DNA of 64,000 nucleotides from Kiritimatiellia bacterium (GTDB lineage: Bacteria > Verrucomicrobiota > Kiritimatiellia > RFP12 > UBA1067): assembly GCA_017395505.1 (NCBI GenBank), contig JAFPUH010000005.1, positions 11,851 to 75,850 of the forward strand, read 5' to 3'. Below are positions 18,897 through 28,652 of this stretch, piece by piece. The notes under the pieces were generated by a model. It saw nothing but the letters and a program-made list of their open reading frames with translations, searched no databases and was not told the origin of the DNA. Every line of letters starts with the position of its first letter. The stretch's first letter is position 1. The position numbers were made by a program, and so were the translations under genes.

Positions 18897-20743
18897 TACG
18901 CCTCCTCGCTTGAAGTTTCGGCTGCGGCCTCTTCGAGCCCCAGGAGCGCCCTGACTTCGGCGCCGTCCATGGTTTCCTTCTCGATAAGGGTAGTGGCGAG
19001 CTTCTCGAGCTTCTCCCTGTTTTCGCCGATGAGCTTCTCGGCTATCTTGTAGGCCTCCGAGACAAGGCGCGACACCTCTTCGTCTATCGCGCGGCTCGTC
19101 TCTTCGCTGAACGCCGGAGGCAGCGGCTCGGCCGTCCAGCGGCTCTCTTCCGCAAACGCCTGGAAGCCGAACTTGTCGCTCATGCCGTAGCGGCACACCA
19201 TCTCGCGGGCGATCTCGGTGACCTGCCTTATGTCCTGCGAAGCGCCTGTCGAGATGTCGCCCGTGAAAAGCTGCTCCGCGATGCGCCCGCCGCAGCATAC
19301 TACCATCTGGTCTAGGAAGTAGCTTCTGGTGCGGTTTAGTATGTCCTTCTCGGGCAGTGACATCGTCGCGCCGAGGGCGCGCCCGCGAGGAATTATCGTA
19401 ACCTTGTGCAGAGGGTCGGCGTGCTTCACCAGAAGCTGCAGCAGCGCATGGCCCGACTCGTGCCAGGCCGTCGTCTCGCGCTCCTTCTGCGAATAGCCGG
19501 CCGACTTCCTCTCGCGTCCCCAGAGCACCTTGTCGCGCGCCTCCTCGAGCGTCGCCATGTCTACCGCCTCAAGCTTCTTTCTTACGGCGAGCAGCGCCGC
19601 CTCGTTCAGGAGGTTCGCGAGATCTGCGCCCGAGAAGCCGGGCGTGCCGCGCGCGATCTGGTTGAGGTCGGTGCCTTCAGCGAACTTGATCTTCTTGCCG
19701 TGCAGCTCGAGAATCTCGGTGCGCCCCTTGAGCGTCGGCAGCTCGACGACCACCTGACGGTCGAAGCGTCCCGGCCTCAGTAGCGCCGCATCTAGCGTGT
19801 CTGGCCTGTTGGTCGCCGCGATCACGATGACTCCCTCGTTCGCGTCGAACCCGTCCATCTCCACAAGCATCGTGTTGAGCGTCTGCTCGTAGGCGTGGCT
19901 GCCGCCCATCGCGCCGGCCCCCGTGCGCTTCATGCCGATGGAATCTATCTCGTCGATGAAGACTATGCACGGCGCGCGCTTCTTGGCCTCGGCGAACATG
20001 TCGCGCATTCTGCTCGCGCCGACTCCGACGAACATCTCTTCGAAATCGCTGCCCGACATCGCGAAGAAGGGCACGTTGGCCTCGCCCGCGATGGCCTTGG
20101 CGAGAAGGGTCTTGCCAGTGCCGGGCGGCCCCACGAGCAGCACGCCCTTCGGAATTCGCCCGCCTAGCTTCTTGAACGCCGCGGGCTCCTTCAGGAACTC
20201 CACGATCTCCTGCACCTCTTCGCGCGCCTCGTCGACGCCGGCGACATCCGCAAACGTCACCTTCTTCATGTCGGCCTTGACGTTCAGTATCTTCGCCTTG
20301 GACTTGCCGAAGCCGAACGGCCCCCCCTCGCCGCCGACCTTGCGGTAGAAGAACCAGTACATCAGCCCCATCATGCCGACGAAGAAAAGCGTCTGCATTA
20401 TGAAGGGCGATATCGCGCTCTTGTGCTCGCGTATCTCGACCTTGACTCCCGCGGCGAGAAGATCGTCCATAAGCCGCTCATTCTCGCCCGGCACGAGGCG
20501 CACGACGAACTTGTCGCCGCCCTCCAGCTCGCCCGTCAGATACGTCTCGCCCGCCTCCCGGTCGAGGTGGCGCACGACCGGCTCCATCACCTTGTGTTCG
20601 TCGAGGGCGCTGTAGAACTCGAGCTGCGTAAGATCGCGCAACCTGGAGGCGTTTGGGTTTGCCCTGACCATGGCAAAGAACACGGCCGCGACAAGCGCGA
20701 TAGTGAGCCACGAGCGTAGGGCGTTGTTTTTCAATTTAGGCAT
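18896..20743 (-). CDS. ftsH: ATP-dependent zinc metalloprotease FtsH
   Basis: [44 protein letters not shown]. Confidence 0.96.
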   Translation of the reverse strand: MPKLKNNALRSWLTIALVAAVFFAMVRANPNASRLRDLTQLEFYSALDEHKVMEPVVRHLDREAGETYLTGELEGGDKFVVRLVPGENERLMDDLLAAGVKVEIREHKSAISPFIMQTLFFVGMMGLMYWFFYRKVGGEGGPFGFGKSKAKILNVKADMKKVTFADVAGVDEAREEVQEIVEFLKEPAAFKKLGGRIPKGVLLVGPPGTGKTLLAKAIAGEANVPFFAMSGSDFEEMFVGVGASRMRDMFAEAKKRAPCIVFIDEIDSIGMKRTGAGAMGGSHAYEQTLNTMLVEMDGFDANEGVIVIAATNRPDTLDAALLRPGRFDRQVVVELPTLKGRTEILELHGKKIKFAEGTDLNQIARGTPGFSGADLANLLNEAALLAVRKKLEAVDMATLEEARDKVLWGRERKSAGYSQKERETTAWHESGHALLQLLVKHADPLHKVTIIPRGRALGATMSLPEKDILNRTRSYFLDQMVVCCGGRIAEQLFTGDISTGASQDIRQVTEIAREMVCRYGMSDKFGFQAFAEESRWTAEPLPPAFSEETSRAIDEEVSRLVSEAYKIAEKLIGENREKLEKLATTLIEKETMDGAEVRALLGLEEAAAETSSEEA

Positions 20744-20750
20744 GCTACAT

Positions 20751-20798
20751 ATTATACCATAAAAGGCGTTGCCGCGGCGGCCGATCTTTTGGTATAAT
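20751..20798. promoter_or_regulatory. Divergent extended -10 promoters for ftsH and the GH20 gene (both apparently leaderless)
   Basis: TGGTATAAT on each strand, each followed after exactly 7 nt by the ATG; no Shine-Dalgarno. Confidence 0.65.
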
Positions 20799-20805
20799 TA
20801 ACATC

Positions 20806-22611
20806 ATGAAACGATTTGCGATTGCCGCCGCCGCCGCTCTGGCGGCGACCATGCTGCATGCTGCAGTGCTGGACGAGCTGATGCCCCGTCCGCGAATCGT
20901 GCTGCCAGGCGCGGGCGCCGTCGCGAAGCTTGCCGCGCACGATCTCCCGGGCGCATACTGCCTGAGGGTGAAGGGCGGCCGACCGAAGGTGACGGGCGAC
21001 GCGGATGGGCGGCGCTATGCGCTGGCGACCTTCCGCCAGCTGACGAAACTCGCCGAGGCCGATGGCGTCGCCATTCCCGACTGCACCATCTACGACTGGC
21101 CGGAGTTCAGGTATCGCGGCCTCATGCTCGATTGCGGACGCAACTACCAGAGCGTAGCGTCGATAAAGGACGTTATCTCAATGCTCGCGGCCTACAAGTA
21201 CAACGTATTCCACTGGCATCTGACGGACAACTACGGCTGGCGCCTCGAGTCGAAGATCCATCCCGAACTTCAGAAGAAGGAGGCGTTTTCGCGCAATGTC
21301 GGCAAGTTCTACACGCAGGCAGAATTCAAGGATGTCGTCGCGTTCGCGAGAAAGCGCGGCGTAACGGTCATACCCGAGCTCGACATGCCCGGCCACACGC
21401 TCGCCTTCCGCAAGGCGACGGGTATCGGAAATCTCGCGGACGACAAGGCCAAGGTGATTCTAGGCGAGCTTATCGACGAACTCTGCTCGCTCGTCCCGGA
21501 GAGCGAGATGCCGATAATCCATTTAGGCACCGACGAAGCCAGAGAGCGCGGCGAAAAAGTGCCGCAGAGCCACCTCGACTACTGGGCGAAGAAGGTCACC
21601 GACAACCGGCGCACCCTGATGGGCTGGTCGCCGGGGCTCAAGCTGCCCGGACAGTCGATAAAGCAGCTTTGGATGGGCGCGAACGATCCGCGCGGCGACA
21701 AGACGCCTTATATCGACTCGCAGAACAGCTACTACATCAACCATGTCGACCCCGAGGAACTGCTTTCGGTCGCCGCCTACCAGCAGCCCTGCCGGTGGGG
21801 AGACAAGTCGGAGCACCTCGGCGCAATTATCGGCGTCTGGCATGACGACGCGATCGCCGATACCGAGGATGTTGTCAGGATGAATGCCGTGTATCCGGCG
21901 ATAGTGCTTATTTCGGACAATTTTTGGCGCGGACGCGAAAAGGACGAGCCGGAGCTCTATGCGCGGCTCCCCGCGCCGGACGATCCGCGCTTCGCCTTGG
22001 CCGCCGACCTCGAGCGCCGCACCATCGCCCAGCGCGACAAGGTTCTCGCCGGAATGAGGCATCCTTTCCCCTATGTCGCCCAGACGCAGATGCGCTGGAC
22101 CATGACTGACGCTGACGGCAAGGTGCTCGCGCGGGATATTCCGCAGGCGACGGTGTATCCAAGGCACTTCTGGTTTCCGAAGGCGGCGTATGTCTCCGGA
22201 AACGACGGCAAGGTCGTGCTCGAGACTGTCATAACGAGCGAACGCGACATGGAATGCGGCGCATGGATCGGCATGACCGGCTTTTCGCGTTCCGACGGAC
22301 GCAGCCGCGACGCGCCGACGCCGAAGATCGGCGAATGGAACAAGCATGGCGCAACAATCGAGCTGAACGGAGAGAAGATTGCCCCACCGAAGTGGACTCA
22401 TCCCGCTACGGGCGGCAATCCGAAGGAGATTCCGCTGGTCGATGAGGACTACTGGTATCGCGAACCTGCGCGGATCAAGCTTAGAAAAGGCGAGAACCGC
22501 GTGAAGATGACATTGCCCAAGCGCGGCGGCTGGAAGTGGATCGGCACTTTCGTGCCAGTCTCCGGCACAAGCGATCATCCTCGCGAAGTTTCCGGCCTCA
22601 CCTACCGCTAA
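20806..22611 (+). CDS. GH20 family glycoside hydrolase with C-terminal accessory domain
   Basis: WPEFRYRGLMLDCGRNY, FHWHLTDNYGWR, PELDMPGH, IHLGTDE. Confidence 0.85.
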   Translation: MKRFAIAAAAALAATMLHAAVLDELMPRPRIVLPGAGAVAKLAAHDLPGAYCLRVKGGRPKVTGDADGRRYALATFRQLTKLAEADGVAIPDCTIYDWPEFRYRGLMLDCGRNYQSVASIKDVISMLAAYKYNVFHWHLTDNYGWRLESKIHPELQKKEAFSRNVGKFYTQAEFKDVVAFARKRGVTVIPELDMPGHTLAFRKATGIGNLADDKAKVILGELIDELCSLVPESEMPIIHLGTDEARERGEKVPQSHLDYWAKKVTDNRRTLMGWSPGLKLPGQSIKQLWMGANDPRGDKTPYIDSQNSYYINHVDPEELLSVAAYQQPCRWGDKSEHLGAIIGVWHDDAIADTEDVVRMNAVYPAIVLISDNFWRGREKDEPELYARLPAPDDPRFALAADLERRTIAQRDKVLAGMRHPFPYVAQTQMRWTMTDADGKVLARDIPQATVYPRHFWFPKAAYVSGNDGKVVLETVITSERDMECGAWIGMTGFSRSDGRSRDAPTPKIGEWNKHGATIELNGEKIAPPKWTHPATGGNPKEIPLVDEDYWYREPARIKLRKGENRVKMTLPKRGGWKWIGTFVPVSGTSDHPREVSGLTYR

Positions 22612-22690
22612 GTTGCGAGCCTCCCCCAATTAATCCGCCCCCTGCTGCCGCTTCATGTCGGCCCTGGCTACCTGCGCCCCTAGCCTCAGC

Positions 22691-22759
22691 GCGACAAATA
22701 TTGCCGCAAATATTGTCGCAAAAAGGGCACTTGCGCGACGCAAGAATTTTTGGTAAACT
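22691..22759 (+). promoter_or_regulatory. Promoter for the giant protein, with an upstream 12-bp-period quasi-palindromic operator-like site
   Basis: TTGCGC(22731)-17 nt-TAAACT with extended TG; GCGACAAATATTGCCGCAAATATTGTCGC at 22691-22719. Confidence 0.45.
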
Positions 22760-22867
22760 TATATCATCAACTGAAAAGCGGATCTGTCCCGCGATCAGAA
22801 AAATTGGGTTAGGTGTCAAAGGTCCCGCGCCGAGCCCAACACAACAAGGGGCCGAGGTGTGTGTGGT

Positions 22868-25800
22868 ATGCAAAGTATTGTTCGCAAGGCAGTGCGTCCC
22901 TTCACGGTGGTATTGAAGGGCATTATCCTAGTTCTCATCATATGCGCGACAGGCGGCGCATGGGCGGCGGTAGTTAAGCCGGTTGCCGTTTGGAACAGAG
23001 ACTTTGCCAACAATGCTGTTCGAGGTGGGTTTACATTCTATCAGTCGGGGACAAGTTCAGCTACGGCGAATAGCGTTTCAAACGGCATTGGCACAGTAAA
23101 GGGGCAGGGCTTTGTATTCAAGCGCAGCTCTGCGAAATCGTTCCCTGTAACTGCTATTGTTGGCACATCACACGCCGCATACGATAGTGATTCGATTCGA
23201 TGCTTAATGTCTTTTTGGGGAAATAATCAGAATCCCCGCTATGGAGTGTCCCTGTCAACGAATAACTACTACGTAGGCTCTTATAATGGCACTATGCAGA
23301 CCACATCAGGCACCTGGGGCATTAAATCTAGTAGCACATCCACGCTCGAAGATACTGATGATGTGCATTATCTTGCCATGTCCCACGAGAGAAACTCAAC
23401 AAGCGGGACAACAAGATTGCAGGGAACGCGGTTTTATCTAGACGGGGCATCTGTTTATGAGGCAACTGGATTGCATGATTCTTACGATGGAAACGGATAT
23501 CAGGCAATAACGGTCGGCGGTTTGTATTGTTCCGCGAATAACTACATTCCTGAAATGCAAATGCATTATCTGGCAATTCTTGATTCAAGCAGTTCCGATG
23601 ACATATACTATTGGTCCAACACAGGCGTTACCTCCGCGGAGACGGTGGCGACTGGTGCGACGATTACCGGCGGTTCGGGCGTCGGCGTGAACTTGAACAC
23701 GGCGAACATGACGGCGACCGTTGATGGCGAAAAGACGGTGGCAGCGCTTTTCGTCCAGGCGAATGCGACGCTTTCGTTCGCAAGCGAGTCTTCCAAGTTG
23801 ATTGTGAACGGCCCGCTTTACATAGCAGATGGCGTGACGCTGACAATCCGGGTGCCGACGTTCTCCGGCGAGACGAAGAGCGACTTCATCGAGTTCGGCG
23901 CGACCAACGGCAAGCTTTTCGCCGACAGCTCCACAATCGCAGTTTCTTCCTCGGCGAGCGAAGACGTTTCTATTGACTATACCACCACAGAGAATACGAT
24001 CACGTTTACGCGCAAACCTTTCTCCTTCATGGGGACGGTAGGTGCGACGCCTGGCGGCTGGTTCTCTACCTGGCAGTGGAATGGATTTTCGTCGAATCTG
24101 CGTCCTGGGCCTAAATCATCCATGGGCATGGTCTATGAAGTAAAGAGCGGAGAGCATCCCGGAAGTGCATGTGAAAAAACATCGTCCTTCTCGATTGCTT
24201 TCTACGCCGATGTTTCGCGGATGGCATCCGACGGAACGACAAAGGCGGTAATGGTTTCGCTTGGCAGCGGCTCGACGGGAGACAAGATGCTTGTCATGTA
24301 CCGCCAGGGCGATTACGTCAAACTCGGAAACTGGTCTAGCGGTGGTTTTACGGGCGATTGGGCTGCCAGCGTGCCCGTGACGGCAGGCTACCATCTCTAC
24401 ACTGCGACGTTCGACTTCGACACTGGCGCTATGTCGCTTTACCGCGATGACGGCACGGCAGAGGGGTGCATATCGTCGGGGACGCCGGCGAGCTCGTTTT
24501 CGCTCCCTGCATCCGCAAACGGACTTCAGATTGGCAATGTGTGGACGGGCGTTCCCTCATCCGGCAATTTTGCGATTGGCACTGGCATGGCGTTTGCGGG
24601 CATGCTTGGTTTCGATCGCGTCCTCTCCGCTTCGGATGTCGCTGCCCTGGCCGCAGAATATCCTGCTACAGACGGCTTGACCGCTGCAACAACGATAGAC
24701 AACCGCACAAGCGATTCCACTGTAAGCGGAACGCAAATCTCGCTTTATTCCGTGAACACGACTGATGGCTTTACCGTGCCAGATGGAAATTATCTCGGCA
24801 TTTCCAATGGAACGCTTGATATACCAACGGGCAACGTCGTCAAGGCGCCTATGTTGAAAACGTTGAACACGAATCAGACAGGCAACAATGTCACGGTGAA
24901 CATTGCGGGCGAGCTCGATGTGACAGGCGCTACGTCAAGCCATGATATCTATACCAATCGCGCGCAGAACAAGGGCATTTTGCTTGGCCATTGGTATGGC
25001 TCTGGAACATACAACATCACCGGGTCGCTTATCGCTCGCGATTCGTATATGCAGGCAGTTTACACTGCCGGAAACCAGACAATCAACGTCAATGGCGGCA
25101 CCATGGCCGTAAAGGGATACTGGGGATCGTATGCAAACAAGGTGACGGTCAATCTGTCCAACAACGGTGTAATCGAAGTGAAGGACATCATGACTGCCGG
25201 AGGCGCGCCGACACAGAATTTCGGATATGGCACATTCAGGCTCGCAACAGCGACCGACGGCGACCGCACGGTGGCATTCCCGATCAATTTCACAGGGACG
25301 GCCAGCGAACCGACGACGCTTGATCCATATGGCCACACGCTGACGATTGGCGACGCAAATCTGACTGGTTCTGGCTATGTCACCGTGGCGGATTCCTCGG
25401 GGAACAATGGCATTGTCAAGTTCGTTGGCGGTTCTTCGTTCACTGGACGTATAATATTGACCGACACCAACTATGCTTGGGTTGACGTGCGCGAATACAC
25501 CGGCATTGTGGAGTGCCAGGGGACGGCGTCGGCGACGCTGGCGAAACTCGACGGTTTTGGCGGCACGGTCTATTTCACGTCAAACGTAGATGTCTCGGCA
25601 ATCGATCTCTCCCGTGCGACGGTGAATGTCGCCGACGATTGCACATATACGGCTACGGCTGGCAACGAAGGAACGATGGTTCTCGGTTCCGGAGCGGTTG
25701 CGACGCTGAACGTCACGACCGACATCGTGAACTACGAAGGTCATGTACCAAGCGTCTCCGGCAGTGGTTCCGTCGCGTACTTCAACACGGATACGTCAGC

Positions 25801-28618
25801 CGCCGTTACGGGTGCCGAGTACATCAACGGCAACAACCTTTTGCCATACTACTACGTGTGGGAGGCGTCCGAGACGGCGAGCGAGAATACGCTGAGCTCT
25901 AACGCGGCATCCCGCTGGAAAGGCGGTACGCTGCCGGCGACCGGCAAGAACGTCGCGTTCAAGATTTCTGGCAACACGACATTGCTTGTCGATGCCACGG
26001 TTTCCTATGGCGACATACAGGTCTATGGAACGGGTACTCTCGTATTCCAGGCTTCTGATGGCGGCGTCCTCACCGTCGCTGACAAACTGCAGACGACCTC
26101 GACAACCGCAGTGCAGATCGATTCCGGCCTCGCATTCGATACGGGCGCTTCCCTCGAAGCGGTGAGCACGTTGCCGGCGTACATGACAGCAGTGAATTGC
26201 GGAACGTCCGAGACGCCGTTCGCCATCCCATCGATTGTTGGCGCAGGAACCGTTTATGTGGCGGAAGGCAAGGTGCTTTCCCTTGGCGGAGCCGACATGG
26301 GCACACTGATGGCTCTCGGCGAAATTTCGTTGTCGGGCGACGCCACGGTCAGCAGCCTTTCCGTGTTCGACACTGGCTCTATGACGTTGAGTGAGGCAAC
26401 GCTGACGGTAGAGACAACTGCATCGATTGAAGGCGAAGTCGCCCTGGACAGCACTTCGCACCTTTTAGTGACGACATCCATCAGTGGTGCTGGCCGCGTT
26501 GAATACACCGGCGCACTTCCCGACGGGTCGCTCTGGGCGACCGGCACGGCGACGACCGGTTGGCGCGGAACAGTGGCGATCAAGAGCTATTCTTCGTCTG
26601 GCTCTAATCCGTGGTATATAGCCAACTATGGCAACGCTAATTCGTTCCTGGAAGTAGATGGCTGCACGGCGTACTATACAGTGGCTTCGACTTCAGGTCC
26701 GACGCTCGTTCTTGTCGGCAGCGGCCTGACGATTGCCAACGGTAACAGCAACGATGTCACGACATATGCGGGCATATCCGGTTCTGCGACATTGACGGCG
26801 CAAGGTGCGCCGACGCACGCTTACAAGTTCGGAACCGCCTCCGGCTTCACGGGAAGCATAAGCAACAACGGTCGTCGCATCGTTTTCGGCTCTTCCACGC
26901 CGGATAAGGATACGCAGTCCAAGTCCATCACCATCGATTCCGGTATCGAGGCGACTCTTGGAGATGGCGCCATGTGGACATCGGAAAAGATTTATCTCAA
27001 CGGCACACTGAATGTCGCAGGTTCAGGAACGCTTGCCGGCGCTGTCACGGCGGCGGGAAGCGCGAAAATCGTGCTGAGCAGCGCATCGCTTGCAATCAGC
27101 GGAACGCTGACGGCCACGGCGCTTGAAATCGATACCGGCGCAATTTCGCTCTCCACGACTCCGACGGCCATCATCACAGGCCTGACGGCGGAGCCGGACG
27201 TTGCGGGCATTACGGTGGAGAATTGCAATGTCACGACCGGCCAAGCCGATGGCAAGTATGTCGTCTATGCCGCCTACAAGGATACCGCATGGAGCGGAGA
27301 AAGCGGCGACTGGACGGAATCCTCGTTCAATGGTGGAACGCTTGCGACCGACGGCGAGGACATTTCGTTTGTGGCGGGTGCAAACGGTGCTGTTGCGGTG
27401 ACGCTGACGGGGACTCGCGCACCGGCGAATGTCGTGTTCAACGGCGGCAGCACTTCCACATACACCCTCACGGGCGGCACATTCAGCCCGTCGGAGACGG
27501 TCACGGTCGAGAACGGCTCGGTGACGATCGAATCCGCTGCGACGGGCACGTATGTAGTGAAAGACGGAGCTACGCTTTCACTCACAAATGCGACGGTCAC
27601 GAGTGTAAGCGGTGCTGGAACTCTCAACATTCCTGCCGGCGGCGTCGTCACGCTCGCAAGCGCAACAGCGCTCGACAGCCTCGCGTATATCACTGGCGAG
27701 GGCGAACTCCATGTCGGCGCGAACATCCCTGCTACGACGTTGAACACCCTACTCAAGAAGTCATATACTGAAAACGATGCCACTGCGTACTATTGGCGGG
27801 GTACTGTGGTTATCGAAGACTTCGTGCAGACAAATGATAGTACCGTGGGTGGCACTACACTTGATTGCGGCAACGCCAGTTCAATCATACAGTTGAAGAA
27901 TTGCACGATTCGGTACTTCAACCAATTCACGACTAGAGCTGACCTTGAAATCGTCGGAACCGTCAAAACCTTGAATGGAAGTGGAACTACGTACACTGAG
28001 TTTGGTAAGCTCAAGGGGACAGGATCGTTTATCCATGAAAACGATGTGCGGCAACTCTATAGATTCACTTCTGGAACAGACTTCACTGGGACAATTGAAG
28101 TGAGAGGACGCCGCATCGTCTTTGGCACGGATGGAACAGGCAATGATACGACAGACCGTGATACGTACGGTAATACAATCAGGATAAGTTCTGGATATAC
28201 TGCGACCCTTGGTGCGGGATCTCACTGGACGGCATACAATGGCGTGATTGTTTACGGGACTATGGTAGTGAAAGGCGCGAACAGTTATATTGAACATAAC
28301 GATCAAGCCTCGAAAGGCATTGTGTTCAATGATGGCGCGACGATTCGCTTCGATTCGCTTTCCACTCTGAAGTTCGGCAATAGCACCTTGCGCACTCCCT
28401 CTGTTGCTTCTGGCTCGACGGTCAATATAGCCTTTGGCGATGGCGTAGTGCTCGGAACTGAGCCGGGGACAGAAATGCAACTGATCTCTTGGGGCGGGGC
28501 GCCCGAGGGCGACTTCGAGTTCGCCGACGTCACTACGCCAAAGTGCTACAGGCTTGAGAAGCGCGAAAATGGACTTTATCTTGTTGTAAAGCCCGGCACG
28601 ATTTTCTCGGTGTACTAA
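22868..28618 (+). CDS. Giant secreted/surface protein (~1916 aa): LamG-like domains plus beta-helix passenger-like repeats, no autotransporter barrel
   Basis: Signal peptide ending ..GGAWA; LamG-like segments (YTATFDFDTGAMSLYRDDG...FDRVLSASDVAAL); G/T/S-rich repeats; an internal duplicated ~140-aa module; ends KPGTIFSVY. Confidence 0.75.
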   Translation: MQSIVRKAVRPFTVVLKGIILVLIICATGGAWAAVVKPVAVWNRDFANNAVRGGFTFYQSGTSSATANSVSNGIGTVKGQGFVFKRSSAKSFPVTAIVGTSHAAYDSDSIRCLMSFWGNNQNPRYGVSLSTNNYYVGSYNGTMQTTSGTWGIKSSSTSTLEDTDDVHYLAMSHERNSTSGTTRLQGTRFYLDGASVYEATGLHDSYDGNGYQAITVGGLYCSANNYIPEMQMHYLAILDSSSSDDIYYWSNTGVTSAETVATGATITGGSGVGVNLNTANMTATVDGEKTVAALFVQANATLSFASESSKLIVNGPLYIADGVTLTIRVPTFSGETKSDFIEFGATNGKLFADSSTIAVSSSASEDVSIDYTTTENTITFTRKPFSFMGTVGATPGGWFSTWQWNGFSSNLRPGPKSSMGMVYEVKSGEHPGSACEKTSSFSIAFYADVSRMASDGTTKAVMVSLGSGSTGDKMLVMYRQGDYVKLGNWSSGGFTGDWAASVPVTAGYHLYTATFDFDTGAMSLYRDDGTAEGCISSGTPASSFSLPASANGLQIGNVWTGVPSSGNFAIGTGMAFAGMLGFDRVLSASDVAALAAEYPATDGLTAATTIDNRTSDSTVSGTQISLYSVNTTDGFTVPDGNYLGISNGTLDIPTGNVVKAPMLKTLNTNQTGNNVTVNIAGELDVTGATSSHDIYTNRAQNKGILLGHWYGSGTYNITGSLIARDSYMQAVYTAGNQTINVNGGTMAVKGYWGSYANKVTVNLSNNGVIEVKDIMTAGGAPTQNFGYGTFRLATATDGDRTVAFPINFTGTASEPTTLDPYGHTLTIGDANLTGSGYVTVADSSGNNGIVKFVGGSSFTGRIILTDTNYAWVDVREYTGIVECQGTASATLAKLDGFGGTVYFTSNVDVSAIDLSRATVNVADDCTYTATAGNEGTMVLGSGAVATLNVTTDIVNYEGHVPSVSGSGSVAYFNTDTSAAVTGAEYINGNNLLPYYYVWEASETASENTLSSNAASRWKGGTLPATGKNVAFKISGNTTLLVDATVSYGDIQVYGTGTLVFQASDGGVLTVADKLQTTSTTAVQIDSGLAFDTGASLEAVSTLPAYMTAVNCGTSETPFAIPSIVGAGTVYVAEGKVLSLGGADMGTLMALGEISLSGDATVSSLSVFDTGSMTLSEATLTVETTASIEGEVALDSTSHLLVTTSISGAGRVEYTGALPDGSLWATGTATTGWRGTVAIKSYSSSGSNPWYIANYGNANSFLEVDGCTAYYTVASTSGPTLVLVGSGLTIANGNSNDVTTYAGISGSATLTAQGAPTHAYKFGTASGFTGSISNNGRRIVFGSSTPDKDTQSKSITIDSGIEATLGDGAMWTSEKIYLNGTLNVAGSGTLAGAVTAAGSAKIVLSSASLAISGTLTATALEIDTGAISLSTTPTAIITGLTAEPDVAGITVENCNVTTGQADGKYVVYAAYKDTAWSGESGDWTESSFNGGTLATDGEDISFVAGANGAVAVTLTGTRAPANVVFNGGSTSTYTLTGGTFSPSETVTVENGSVTIESAATGTYVVKDGATLSLTNATVTSVSGAGTLNIPAGGVVTLASATALDSLAYITGEGELHVGANIPATTLNTLLKKSYTENDATAYYWRGTVVIEDFVQTNDSTVGGTTLDCGNASSIIQLKNCTIRYFNQFTTRADLEIVGTVKTLNGSGTTYTEFGKLKGTGSFIHENDVRQLYRFTSGTDFTGTIEVRGRRIVFGTDGTGNDTTDRDTYGNTIRISSGYTATLGAGSHWTAYNGVIVYGTMVVKGANSYIEHNDQASKGIVFNDGATIRFDSLSTLKFGNSTLRTPSVASGSTVNIAFGDGVVLGTEPGTEMQLISWGGAPEGDFEFADVTTPKCYRLEKRENGLYLVVKPGTIFSVY

Positions 28619-28652
28619 AGTTCAATGGTTAGTTAGACAGAAAGGCGGCGCT

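Noticed and set aside
22598-22873. 91-aa minus-strand ORF with CxxC-like CPFCDNICGNIC
   Set aside because: It overlaps the giant gene's promoter and leader; the Cys pattern arises from the 12-bp operator-like repeat.
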